Below, piece after piece: positions 15,001-29,234 of a stretch of DNA of 64,000 bases. Made by a program: the position numbers and the translations under genes. The stretch's first letter is position 1, and every line of letters begins with the position of its first letter. The notes under the pieces were generated by a model, which worked only from the letters and a program-made list of their open reading frames with translations, was not told where the DNA came from and ran no database searches. This DNA is from Auanema rhodensis (taxonomy: Eukaryota; Animalia; Nematoda), in NCBI GenBank assembly GCA_964057225.1, contig OZ059894.1, positions 3,348,001 to 3,412,000 on the forward strand, read 5' to 3'.

Positions 15001-18000
15001 ATGGACAATGTTATTCAGCGAAAAAATTAACTCTTCAGTGTGAAAATCGAGAAAAATGATGCATTACTGTATGTTAAGTTTCAATGTACACTCAACATTG
15101 CTTCCAAAAACATTTTGACAAAAATTTTCCCGAAAAATTTCAAAATAATTTCACGAAAAATAGATGTTTTTAGATTTTTTTTTTCGAGGCGAAGATGATG
15201 GACAATGTTATTCAGCGAAAAAATAAACTCTTCAGGGTGAAAATCGAGGATATAAGTGTGAACATATATCAGTTGATATCTCGGTGCATTTTTAAGCTAG
15301 CGCAAATCTGATAACACAGATCGACGCAGCTCAAAAATCTACATCGAATGCACTATACTTCATTAAGAAATGCTCAATACCAAAATTAGTTATGATCGTT
15401 TGGAAAATGATGCATTACTGTATGTTGAGTTTCAATGTACACTCAACATTGCTTTCAAAAACATTTTGACAAAAATTTTCCCGAAAAATTTCGAAATAAT
15501 TTCACGAAAAGTAGATGTTTTTAGATTCCTTTTTTCAAGGCAAAGACGATGGACAATGTTATTCAACGAAAAAATTAATTCTTCAGGGTGAAAATCGAGG
15601 ATATAAGTGTGAACTTATATCAGTTGATATCTCGGTGCATTTTTAAGCTAGCGCAAATATGATAACATAGATCGACGCAGCTTAAAAATCCGCATTGAAT
15701 GCACTATACTACATTGAGAAAAGCTTAATACAAAAATTAGTTATGATCGTTTGAAAAATGATGCATTACTGTATGTTGAGTTTCCATGTACACTCAACAT
15801 TGCTTCCAAAAACATTTTGACAAAAATTTTCCCGAAAAATTTCTAGATAATTTCACAAAAAGTAGATGTTTTTAGATTCCTTTTTTCAAGGCGAAGACGA
15901 CGGACAATGTTATTCAACGTAAAAATTAGTTCTTTAGGGTGAAAATCGAGAAAAATGATGCATTACTGTATGTTGAGTTTCAATGTACACTCAACATTGC
16001 TTCCAAAAACATTTTGACAAAAATTTTCCCGAAAAATTTCAAAATAATTTCACGAAAAGTAGATGTTTTTAGATTCCCTTTTTCGAGGCGAAGATGATGG
16101 ACAATGTTATTCAGCGAAAAAATAAACTCTTCAGGGTGAAAATCGAGGATATAAGTGTGAACATATATCAGTTGATATCTCGGTGCATTTTTAAGCTAGC
16201 GCAAATCTGATAACACAGATCGACGCAGCTCAAAAATGTACATCGAATGCACTATACTATATTGAGAAAAGCTTAATACAAAAATTAGTTATGATCGTTT
16301 GAAAAATGATGCATTACTGTATGTTGAGTTTCAATGTACACTCAACATTGCTTCCAAAAACATTTTGACAAAAATTTTCCCGGAAAATTTCAAAATAATT
16401 TCACGAAAAGTAGATGTTTTTAGATTCCTTTTTTCAAGGCGAAGACGATGGACAATGTTATTCAGCGAAAAAATTAACTCTTCAGTGTGAAAATCGAGGA
16501 TATAAGTGTGAACTTATATCAGTTGATATCTCGGTGCATTTTTAAGCTAGCGCAAATATGATAACATAGATCGACGCAGCTTAAAAATCCGCATTGAATG
16601 CACTATACTACATTGAGAAAAGCTTAATACAAAAATTAGTTATGATCGTTTGAAAAATGATGCATTACTGTATGTTGAGTTTCCATGTACACTCAACATT
16701 GCTTCCAAAAACATTTTGACAAAAATTTTCCCGAAAAATTTCTAGATAATTTCACAAAAAGTAGATGTTTTTAGATTCCTTTTTTCAAGGCGAAGACGAC
16801 GGACAATGTTATTCAACGTAAAAATTAGTTCTTTAGGGTGAAAATCGAGAAAAATGATGCATTACTGTATGTTGAGTTTCAATGTACACTCAACATTGCT
16901 TCCAAAAACATTTTGACAAAAATTTTCCCGAAAAATTTCAAAAAAATTTCACGAAAAGTAGATGTTTTTAGATTCCCTTTTTCGATGCGAAGATGATGGA
17001 CAATGTTATTCAGCGAAAAAATAAACTCTTCAGGGTGAAAATCGAGGATATAAGTGTGAACATATATCAGTTGATATCTCGGTGCATTTTTAAGCTAGCG
17101 CAAATCTGATAACACAGATCGACGCAGCTCAACAATCTACATCGAATGCACTATGCTTCATTGAGAAATGCTCAATACAAAAATTAGTTATGATCGTTTG
17201 AAAAATGATGCATTATTGTATGTTGAGTTTCCATGTACACTCAACATTGCTTCCAAAAACATTTTGATAAAAATTTTTTCGAAAAATTTCAAAATAGTTT
17301 AGCAAAAAGTAGATGTTTTTAGATTCCTTTTTTCAAGGCAAAAACGATGGACAATGTTATTCAACGAAAAAAGTAAATCTTCAGGGTGAAAATCGAGGAT
17401 ACAAGTGTGAACATATATCAGTTGATTTCTCGGTGCATTTTTAAGCTAGCGCAAATCTGATAACACAGATCGACGCAGCTCAAAAATCTACATCGAATGC
17501 ACTATACTTCATTAAGAAATGCTCAATACCAAAATTAGTTATGATCGTTTGGAAAATGATGCATTACTGTATGTTGAGTTTCAATGTACACTCAACATTG
17601 CTTCCAAAAACATTTTGACAAAAATTTTCCCGAAAAATTTCAAAATAATTTCACGAAAAGTAGATGTTTTTAGATTCCCTTTTTCGAGGCGAAGATGATG
17701 GACAATGTTATTCAGCGAAAAAATAAACTCTTCAGGGTGAAAATCGAGGATATAAGTGTGAACATATATCAGTTGATATCTCGGTGCATTTTTAAGCTAG
17801 CGCAAATCTGATAACACAGATCGACGCAGCTCAAAAATCTACATCAAATGCACTATACTTCATTAAGAAATGCTCAATACCAAAATTAGTTATGATCGTT
17901 TGAAAAATGATGCATTATTGTATGTTGAGTTTCAATGTACACTCAACATTGCTTCCAAAAACATTTTGACAAAAATTTTCCCGGAAAATTTCAAAATAAT

Positions 18001-21000
18001 TTCACGAAAAGTAGATGTTTTTAGATTCCTTTTTTCAAGGCGAAGACGATGGACAATGTTATTCAGCGAAAAAATTAACTCTTCAGTGTGAAAATCGAGA
18101 AAAATGATGCATTACTGTATGTTGAGTTTCAATGTACACTCAACATTGCTTCCAAAAACATTTTGACAAAAATTTTCCCGAAAAATTTCAAAAAAATTTC
18201 ACAAAAAGTAGATGTTTTTAGATTCCCTTTTTCGAGGCGAAGATGATGGACAATGTTATTCAGCGAAAAAATAAACTCTTCAGGGTGAAAATCGAGGATA
18301 TAAGTGTGAACATATATCAGTTGATATCTCGGTGCATTTTTAAGCTAGCGCAAATCTGATAACACAGATCGACGCAGCTCAAAAATCTACATCGAATGCA
18401 CTATACTTCATTGAGAAATGCTCAATACAAAAATTAGTTATGATCGTTTGAAAAATGATGCATTACTGTATGTTGAGTTTCAATGTACACTCAACATTGC
18501 TTTCAAAAACATTTTGACAAAAATTTTCCCGAAAAATTTCGAAATAATTTCACGAAAAGTAGATGTTTTTAGATTTCTTTTTTCAAGGCAAAGACGATGG
18601 ACAATGTTATTCAACGAAAAAATTAATTCTTCAGGGTGAAAATCGAGGATATAAGTGTGAACTTATATCAGTTGATATCTCGGTGCATTTTTAAGCTAGC
18701 GCAAATATGATAACATAGATCGACGCAGCTTAAAAATCCGCATTGAATGCACTATACTACATTGAGAAAAGCTTAATACAAAAATTAGTTATGATCGTTT
18801 GAAAAATGATGCATTACTGTATGTTGAGTTTCCATGTACACTCAACATTGCTTCCAAAAACATTTTGACAAAAATTTTCCCGAAAAATTTCTAGATAATT
18901 TCACAAAAAGTAGATGTTTTTAGATTCCTTTTTTCAAGGCGAAGACGACGGACAATGTTATTCAACGTAAAAATTAGTTCTTTAGGGTGAAAATCGAGAA
19001 AAATGATGCATTACTGTATGTTGAGTTTCAATGTACACTCAACATTGCTTCCAAAAACATTTTGACAAAAATTTTCCCGAAAAATTTCAAAAAAATTTCA
19101 CGAAAAGTAGATGTTTTTAGATTCCCTTTTTCGATGCGAAGATGATGGACAATGTTATTCAGCGAAAAAATAAACTCTTCAGGGTGAAAATCGAGGATAT
19201 AAGTGTGAACATATATCAGTTGATATCTCGGTGCATTTTTAAGCTAGCGCAAATCTGATAACACAGATCGACGCAGCTCAACAATCTACATCGAATGCAC
19301 TATACTTCATTGAGAAATGCTCAATACAAAAATTAGTTATGATCGTTTGAAAAATGATGCATTATTGTACGTTGAGTTTCCATGTACACTCAACATTGCT
19401 TCCAAAAACATTTTGATAAAAATTTTTTCGAAAAATTTCAAAATAGTTTAGCAAAAAGTAGATGTTTTTAGATTCCTTTTTTCAAGGCAAAAACGATGGA
19501 CAATGTTATTCAACGAAAAAAGTAAATCTTCAGGGTGAAAATCGAGGATACAAGTGTGAACATATATCAGTTGATTTCTCGGTGCATTTTTAAGCTAGCG
19601 CAAATCTGATAACACAGATCGACGCAGCTCAAAAATCTACATCGAATGCACTATACTTCATTAAGAAATGCTCAATACCAAAATTAGTTATGATCGTTTG
19701 GAAAATGATGCATTACTGTATGTTGAGTTTCAATGTACACTCAACATTGCTTCCAAAAACATTTTGACAAAAATTTTCCCGAAAAATTTCAAAATAATTT
19801 CACGAAAAGTAGATGTTTTTAGATTCCCTTTTTCGAGGCGAAGATGATGGACAATGTTATTCAGCGAAAAAATAAACTCTTCAGGGTGAAAATCGAGGAT
19901 ATAAGTGTGAACATATATCAGTTGATATCTCGGTGCATTTTTAAGCTAGCGCAAATCTGATAACACAGATCGACGCAGCTCAAAAATCTACATCGAATGC
20001 ACTATACTTCATTAAGAAATGCTCAATACCAAAATTAGTTATGATCGTTTGAAAAATGATGCATTACTGTATGTTGAGTTTCAATGTACACTCAACATTG
20101 CTTCCAAAAACATTTTGACAAAAATTTTCCAGAAAAATTTCAAAAAAATTTCACAAAAAGTAGATGTTTTTAGATTCCCTTTTTCGAGGCGAAGATGATG
20201 GACAATGTTATTCAGCGAAAAAATAAACTCTTCAGGGTGAAAATCGAGGATATAAGTGTGAACATATATCAGTTGATATCTCGGTGCATTTTTAAGCTAG
20301 CGCAAATCTGATAACACAGATCGACGCAGCTCTAAAATCTACATCGAATGCACTATACTTCATTAAGAAATGCTCAATACCAAAATTAGTTATGATCGTT
20401 TGGAAAATGATGCATTACTGTATGTTGAGTTTCAATGTACACTCAACATTGCTTCCAAAAACATTTTGACAAAAATTTTCCCGAAAAATTTCAAAATAAT
20501 TTCACGAAAAGTAGATGTTTTTAGATTCCCTTTTTTGAGGCGAAGATGATGGACAATGTTATTCAACGAAAAAAGTAAATCTTCAGGGTGAAAATCGAGG
20601 ATACAAGTGTGAACATATATCAGTTGATTTCTCGGTGCATTTTTAAGCTAGCGCAAATCTGATAACACAGATCGACGCAGCTCTAAAATCTACATCGAAT
20701 GCACTATACTTCATTAAGAAATGCTCAATACCAAAATTAGTTATGATCGTTTGGAAAATGATGCATTACTGTATGTTGAGTTTCAATGTACACTCAACAT
20801 TGCTTCCAAAAACATTTTGACAAAAATTTTCCCGAAAAATTTCAAAATAATTTCACGAAAAGTAGATGTTTTTAGATTCCCTTTTTTGAGGCGAAGATGA
20901 TGGACAATGTTATTCAGCGAAAAAATAAACTCTTCAGGGTGAAAATCGAGGATATAAGTGTGAACATATATCAGTTGATATCTCGGTGCATTTTTAAGCT

Positions 21001-24000
21001 AGCGCAAATCTGATAACACAGATCGACGCAGCTTGAAAATCCGCATCGAATGCACTATACTACATTGAGAAACGCTTAATACAAAAATTAGTTATGATCG
21101 TTTGAAAAATGATGCATTAGTGTATGTTGAGTTTCCATGTACACTCAACATTGCTTCCAAAAACATTTTGATAAAAATTTTTTCGAAAAATTTCAAAATA
21201 GTTTAGCAAAAAGTAGATGTTTTTAGATTCCTTTTTTCAAGGCAAAAACGATGGACAATGTTATTCAACGAAAAAAGTAAATCTTCAGGGTGAAAATCGA
21301 GGATACAAATGTGAACATATATCAGTTGATTTCCCGAAAAATTTCAAAATAATTTCACGAAAAGTAGATGTTTTTAGATTCCCTTTTTCGAGGCGAAGAT
21401 GATGGACAATGTTATTCAGCGAAAAAATAAACTCTTCAGGGTGAAAATCGAGGATATAAGTGTGAACATATATCAGTTGATATCTCGGTGCATTTTTAAG
21501 CTAGCGCAAATCTGATAACACAGATCGACGCAGCTTGAAAATCCGCATCGAATGCACTATACTACATTGAGAAACGCTTAATACAAAAATTAGTTATGAT
21601 CGTTTGAAAAATGATGCATTAGTGTATGTTGAGTTTCCATGTACACTCAACATTGCTTCCAAAAACATTTTGATAAAAATTTTTTCGAAAAATTTCAAAA
21701 TAGTTTAGCAAAAAGTAGATGTTTTTAGATTCCTTTTTTCAAGGCAAAAACGATGAACAATGTTATTCAACGAAAAAAGTAAATCTTCAGGGTGAAAATC
21801 GAGGATACAAATGTGAACATATATCAGTTGATTTCCCGAAAAATTTCAAAATAATTTCACGAAAAGTAGATGTTTTTAGATTCCTTTTTTCAAGGCAAAA
21901 ACGATGGACAATGTTATTCAACGAAAAAAGTAAATCTTCAGGGTGAAAATCGAGGATACAAATGTGAACATATATCAGTTGATTTCTCGGTGCATTTTTA
22001 AGCTAGCGCAAATATGATAACATAGATCGACGCAGCTTAAAAATCCGCATTGAATGCACTATACTATATTGAGAAAAGCTTAATACAAAAATTAGTTATG
22101 ATCGTTTGAAAAATGATGCATTACTGTATGTTGAGTTTCAATGTACACTCAACATTGCTTCCAAAAACATTTTGATAAAAATTTTTTCGAAAAATTTCAA
22201 AATAGTTTAGCAAAAAGTAGATGTTTTTAGATTCCTTTTTTCAAGGCAAAAACGATGGACAATGTTATTCAACGAAAAAAGTAAATCTTCAGGGTGAAAA
22301 TCGAGGATACAAATGTGAACATATATCAGTTGATTTCTCGGTGCATTTTTAAGCTAGCGCAAATATGATAACATAGATCGACGCAGCTTAAAAATCCGCA
22401 TTGAATGCACTATACTTCATTGAGAAATGCTCAATACCAAAATTAGTTATGATCGTTTGAAAAATGATGCATTATTGTATGTTGAGTTTCCATGTACACT
22501 CAACATTGCTTCCAAAAACATTTTGACAAAAATTTTCCCGGAAAATTTCAAAATAATTTCACGAAAAGTAGATGTTTTTAGATTTCTTTTTTTGAGGCGA
22601 AGATGATGGACAATGTTATTCAGCGAAAAAATAAACTCTTCAGGGTGAAAATCGAGGATATAAGTGTGAACATATATCAGTTGATATCTCGGTGCATTTT
22701 TAAGCTAGCGCAAATATGGTAACATAGATCGACGCAGCTTAAAAATCCGCATTGAATGCACTATACTACATTGAGAAAAGCTTTATACAAAAATTAGTTA
22801 TGATCGTTTGAAAAATGATGCATTACTGTATGTTGAGTTTCCATGTACACTCAACATTGCTTCCAAAAACATTTTGACAAAAATTTTCCCGGAAAATTTC
22901 AAAATAATTTCACGAAAAGTAGATGTTTTTAGATTTCTTTTTTTGAGGCGAAGATGATGGACAATGTTATTCAGCGAAAAAATAAACTCTTCAGGGTGAA
23001 AATCGAGAAAAATGATGCATTACTGTATGTTGAGTTTCAATGTACACTCAACATTGCTTCCAAAAACATTTTGACAAAAATTTTCCCGAAAAATTTCAAA
23101 AAAATTTCACGAAAAGTAGATGTTTTTAGATTCCCTTTTTCGAGGCGAAGATGATGGACAATGTTATTCAGCGAAAAAATAAACTCTTCAGGGTGAAAAT
23201 CGAGGATATAAGTGTGAACATATATCAGTTGATATCTCGGTGCATTTTTAAGCTAGCGCAAATCTGATAACACAGATCGACGCAGCTCAAAAATCTACAT
23301 CGAATGCACTATACTTCATTGAGAAATGCTCAATACAAAAATTAGTTATGATCGTTTGAAAAATGATGCATTATTGTATGTTGAGTTTCCATGTACACTC
23401 AACATTGCTTCCAAAAACATTTTGACAAAAATTTTCCCGGAAAATTTCAAAATAATTTCACGAAAAGTAGATGTTTTTAGATTTCTTTTTTTGAGGCGAA
23501 GATGATGGACAATGTTATTCAGCGAAAAAATAAACTCTTCAGGGTGAAAATCGAGGATATAAGTGTGAACATATATCAGTTGATATCTCGGTGCATTTTT
23601 AAGCTAGCGCAAATATGGTAACATAGATCGACGCAGCTTAAAAATCCGCATTGAATGCACTATACTTCATTAAGAAATGCTCAATACCAAAATTAGTTAT
23701 GATCGTTTGGAAAATGATGCATTACTGTATGTTGAGTTTCAATGTACACTCAACATTGCTTCCAAAAACATTTTGACAAAAATTTTCCCGAAAAATTTCA
23801 AAATAATTTCACGAAAAGTAGATGTTTTTAGATTCCCTTTTTTGAGGCGAAGATGATGGACAATGTTATTCAGCGAAAAAATAAACTCTTCAGGGTGAAA
23901 ATCGAGGATATAAGTGTGAACATATATCAGTTGATATCTCGGTGCATTTTTAAGCTAGCGCAAATCTGATAACACAGATCGACGCAGCTTGAAAATCCGC

Positions 24001-27000
24001 ATCGAATGCACTATACTACATTGAGAAACGCTTAATACAAAAATTAGTTATGATCGTTTGAAAAATGATGCATTAGTGTATGTTGAGTTTCCATGTACAC
24101 TCAACATTGCTTCCAAAAACATTTTGATAAAAATTTTTTCGAAAAATTTCAAAATAGTTTAGCAAAAAGTAGATGTTTTTAGATTCCTTTTTTCAAGGCA
24201 AAAACGATGGACAATGTTATTCAACGAAAAAAGTAAATCTTCAGGGTGAAAATCGAGGATACAAATGTGAACATATATCAGTTGATTTCCCGAAAAATTT
24301 CAAAATAATTTCACGAAAAGTAGATGTTTTTAGATTCCCTTTTTCGAGGCGAAGATGATGGACAATGTTATTCAGCGAAAAAATAAACTCTTCAGGGTGA
24401 AAATCGAGGATATAAGTGTGAACATATATCAGTTGATATCTCGGTGCATTTTTAAGCTAGCGCAAATCTGATAACACAGATCGACGCAGCTTGAAAATCC
24501 GCATCGAATGCACTATACTACATTGAGAAACGCTTAATACAAAAATTAGTTATGATCGTTTGAAAAATGATGCATTAGTGTATGTTGAGTTTCCATGTAC
24601 ACTCAACATTGCTTCCAAAAACATTTTGATAAAAATTTTTTCGAAAAATTTCAAAATAGTTTAGCAAAAAGTAGATGTTTTTAGATTCCTTTTTTCAAGG
24701 CAAAAACGATGAACAATGTTATTCAACGAAAAAAGTAAATCTTCAGGGTGAAAATCGAGGATACAAATGTGAACATATATCAGTTGATTTCCCGAAAAAT
24801 TTCGAAATAATTTCACGAAAAGTAGATGTTTTTAGATTCCTTTTTTCAAGGCAAAAACGATGGACAATGTTATTCAACGAAAAAAGTAAATCTTCAGGGT
24901 GAAAATCGAGGATACAAATGTGAACATATATCAGTTGATTTCTCGGTGCATTTTTAAGCTAGCGCAAATATGATAACATAGATCGACGCAGCTTAAAAAT
25001 CCGCATTGAATGCACTATACTATATTGAGAAAAGCTTAATACAAAAATTAGTTATGATCGTTTGAAAAATGATGCATTACTGTATGTTGAGTTTCAATGT
25101 ACACTCAACATTGCTTCCAAAAACATTTTGATAAAAATTTTTTCGAAAAATTTCAAAATAGTTTAGCAAAAAGTAGATGTTTTTAGATTCCTTTTTTCAA
25201 GGCAAAAACGATGGACAATGTTATTCAACGAAAAAAGTAAATCTTCAGGGTGAAAATCGAGGATACAAATGTGAACATATATCAGTTGATTTCTCGGTGC
25301 ATTTTTAAGCTAGCGCAAATATGATAACATAGATCGACGCAGCTTAAAAATCCGCATTGAATGCACTATACTTCATTGAGAAATGCTCAATACCAAAATT
25401 AGTTATGATCGTTTGAAAAATGATGCATTATTGTATGTTGAGTTTCCATGTACACTCAACATTGCTTCCAAAAACATTTTGACAAAAATTTTCCCGGAAA
25501 ATTTCAAAATAATTTCACGAAAAGTAGATGTTTTTAGATTTCTTTTTTTGAGGCGAAGATGATGGACAATGTTATTCAGCGAAAAAATAAACTCTTCAGG
25601 GTGAAAATCGAGGATATAAGTGTGAACATATATCAGTTGATATCTCGGTGCATTTTTAAGCTAGCGCAAATATGGTAACATAGATCGACGCAGCTTAAAA
25701 ATCCGCATTGAATGCACTATACTACATTGAGAAAAGCTTTATACAAAAATTAGTTATGATCGTTTGAAAAATGATGCATTACTGTATGTTGAGTTTCCAT
25801 GTACACTCAACATTGCTTCCAAAAACATTTTGACAAAAATTTTCCCGGAAAATTTCAAAATAATTTCACGAAAAGTAGATGTTTTTAGATTTCTTTTTTT
25901 GAGGCGAAGATGATGGACAATGTTATTCAGCGAAAAAATAAACTCTTCAGGGTGAAAATCGAGAAAAATGATGCATTACTGTATGTTGAGTTTCAATGTA
26001 CACTCAACATTGCTTCCAAAAACATTTTGACAAAAATTTTCCCGAAAAATTTCAAAAAAATTTCACGAAAAGTAGATGTTTTTAGATTCCCTTTTTCGAG
26101 GCGAAGATGATGGACAATGTTATTCAGCGAAAAAATAAACTCTTCAGGGTGAAAATCGAGGATATAAGTGTGAACATATATCAGTTGATATCTCGGTGCA
26201 TTTTTAAGCTAGCGCAAATCTGATAACACAGATCGACGCAGCTCAAAAATCTACATCGAATGCACTATACTTCATTGAGAAATGCTCAATACAAAAATTA
26301 GTTATGATCGTTTGAAAAATGATGCATTATTGTATGTTGAGTTTCCATGTACACTCAACATTGCTTCCAAAAACATTTTGACAAAAATTTTCCCGGAAAA
26401 TTTCAAAATAATTTCACGAAAAGTAGATGTTTTTAGATTTCTTTTTTTGAGGCGAAGATGATGGACAATGTTATTCAGCGAAAAAATAAACTCTTCAGGG
26501 TGAAAATCGAGGATATAAGTGTGAACATATATCAGTTGATATCTCGGTGCATTTTTAAGCTAGCGCAAATATGGTAACATAGATCGACGCAGCTTAAAAA
26601 TCCGCATTGAATGCACTATACTACATTGAGAAAAGCTTTATACAAAAATTAGTTATGATCGTTTGAAAAATGATGCATTACTGTATGTTGAGTTTCCATG
26701 TACACTCAACATTGCTTCCAAAAACATTTTGACAAAAATTTTCCCGGAAAATTTCAAAATAATTTCACGAAAAGTAGATGTTTTTAGATTTCTTTTTTCA
26801 AGGCGAAGATGATGGACAATGTTATTCAGCGAAAAAATAAACTCTTCAGGGTGAAAATCGAGGATATAAGTGTGAACATATATCAGTTGATATCTCGGTG
26901 CATTTTTAAGCTAGCGCAAATCTGATAACACAGATCGACGCAGCTCAAAAATCTACATCGAATGCACTATACTTCATTAAGAAATGCTCAATACCAAAAT

Positions 27001-27665
27001 TAGTTATGATCGTTTGGAAAATGATGCATTACTGTATGTTGAGTTTCAATGTACACTCAACATTGCTTTCAAAAACATTTTGACAAAAATTTTCCCGAAA
27101 AATTTCGAGATAATTTCACGAAAAGTAGATGTTTTTAGATTCCTTTTTTCAAGGCGAAGACGATGGACAATGTTATTCAGCGAAAAAATTAACTCTTCAG
27201 GGTGAAAATCGAGGATATAGGTGTGAACTTATATCAGTTGATATCTCGGTGCATTTTTAAGCTAGCGCAAATCTGATAACATAGATCGACGCAGCTTAAA
27301 AATCCGCATTGAATGCACTATACTACATTGAGAAAAGCTTAATACAAAAATTAGTTATGATCGTTTGAAAAATGATGCATTACTGTATGTTGAGTTTCCA
27401 TGTACACTCAACATTGCTTCCAAAAACATTTTGACAAAAATTTTCCCGAAAAATTTCTAGATAATTTCACAAAAAGTAGATGTTTTTAGATTCCTTTTTT
27501 CAAGGCGAAGACGACGGACAATGTTATTCAACGTAAGAATTAGTTCTTTAGGGTGAAAATCGAGGATATAGGTGTGAACTTATATCAGTTGATATCTTGT
27601 TGCATTTTTAAGCTACCGCAAATCTGATAACACAGATCGACGCAGCTTAAAAATCCGCATCGAAT
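1..27665. repeat. 351-bp AT-rich satellite array (block 1), with 197-bp and 151-bp deletion monomers
   Basis: Continuous head-to-tail repeat; landmark motifs (gctagcgcaaat, tgtacactcaacattg) recur every 351 bp (e.g. ORF starts 2870/3221); several monomer subtypes defined by linked SNPs. Confidence 0.98.
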
Positions 27666-27680
27666 AAGGAAAACCTTGAC

Positions 27681-27869
27681 AAGGAAAACCTTGAGAACTC
27701 CACGAGTCTTTTCATAGATGAGTCGAGAGATACGCTTTACTCCACCACGACGAGCAAGACGACGGATAGCAGGCTTGTTTATACCTTGGATGTTATCACG
27801 GAGAACCTTACGATGGCGTTTGGCTTCTCCCTTTCCAAGACCTTTTCCTCCTTTAACACGTCCAGACAT
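27681..27869 (-). pseudogene. H4: Histone H4, 3'-truncated and mutated (copy 1)
   Basis: [29 protein letters not shown]...RGVLKVFL matches H4 residues 1-62 with G4V, G14E, T30N, G48R, E53K. The C-terminal ~40 residues and stem-loop are missing; the frame runs into satellite and stops at 27585. Confidence 0.93.
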
Positions 27870-27911
27870 GCTGATCGAGCTGTGTGTTGAATAGTAACCC
27901 TAGCATTTACC

Positions 27912-27936
27912 TTATATACTAGTGCTGTAGAGGTCA
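27912..27936 (-). promoter_or_regulatory. H4 core promoter (TATA box); also at 38851-38875 and 43280-43304
   Basis: Minus strand reads TGACCTC-tacagca-CTAGTATATAA, about 43 bp upstream of the H4 ATG. Confidence 0.6.
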
Positions 27937-28305
27937 CCGCGCAAAAACCCATTGTAATCGCCACCAAGCATATTGGCGCTTAATTTTGCTGCTCAATTCT
28001 AAAAATGTATTTTTAAATTTCATATAAACGATAAGAATAACATAAACAACTGTTTATTTGCGAACAAACGTAGAATAGAAGCATGTGAGGCATTAGATAT
28101 GATAACTGTTGTTGTTATCAACATGAAAGCATAATTAATGAAATTCATAAAAAAAAATGAAGATGGATATGGAATATCAAAGACAGGGATTCTCCTTTAC
28201 ATAACAACAAAACATATCATATCAATTAACATTACATAGCAAAAAAAGACAAGACAGACACAGTATTATATTATAAATCATTATGAATACATCAAATTTA
28301 AGTGT

Positions 28306-28321
28306 GGCCCTGAAGAGGGCC
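28306..28321 (-). other. Histone mRNA 3' stem-loop of H3 (copy 1)
   Basis: Minus strand ccaac-GGCCCT-CTTC-AGGGCC-aca: 6-bp stem with 4-nt loop, 26 nt after the H3 stop; typical SLBP-binding element of replication-dependent histone mRNAs. Confidence 0.93.
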
Positions 28322-28347
28322 GTTGGGTTATGTAACGTTTCAAGTGC

Positions 28348-28851
<504 letters not shown>

Positions 28852-29234
28852 TCACTATTTTGGTATTTTGACTATAAATATATTAAATCGGATCATAGCT
28901 ACATAAATAAAGTGTTACAGTAATAAGGACAAAAACTTAGTAACTGTGCGTTGATTGGAATGTAATAGTAAATTGTATTAAAACATTCACTGTTCCATTT
29001 AAAAAATAATTGTCTTCACGTATTATATAGTAAAATTTTTAATTAGAATACACTTGACCAATTATGGATATTTCAACATCATTATAGCAAACATCTTAAA
29101 ATTAACTAAATGCACCACTTGACAAGAGTTACTCATCTCATAAGAATTACATCAATATTAAGAAGCTCAAAAAAACTAACTATAACAACAACCGATCAAC
29201 TGCCATCTGTTTCAAAAATGAAATATCAATCAAA

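Noticed and set aside
27585-27620. Private SNPs in the flanking monomer as selection to extend the H4 fusion ORF
   Set aside because: The consensus monomer is also open in that frame to the same TGA; the SNPs remove no stop.
1-27665. CENP-B box or telomeric repeats in the monomer
   Set aside because: No TTCG-N4-A-N2-CGGG match seen; the isolated ttaggg in one subtype is not tandem.
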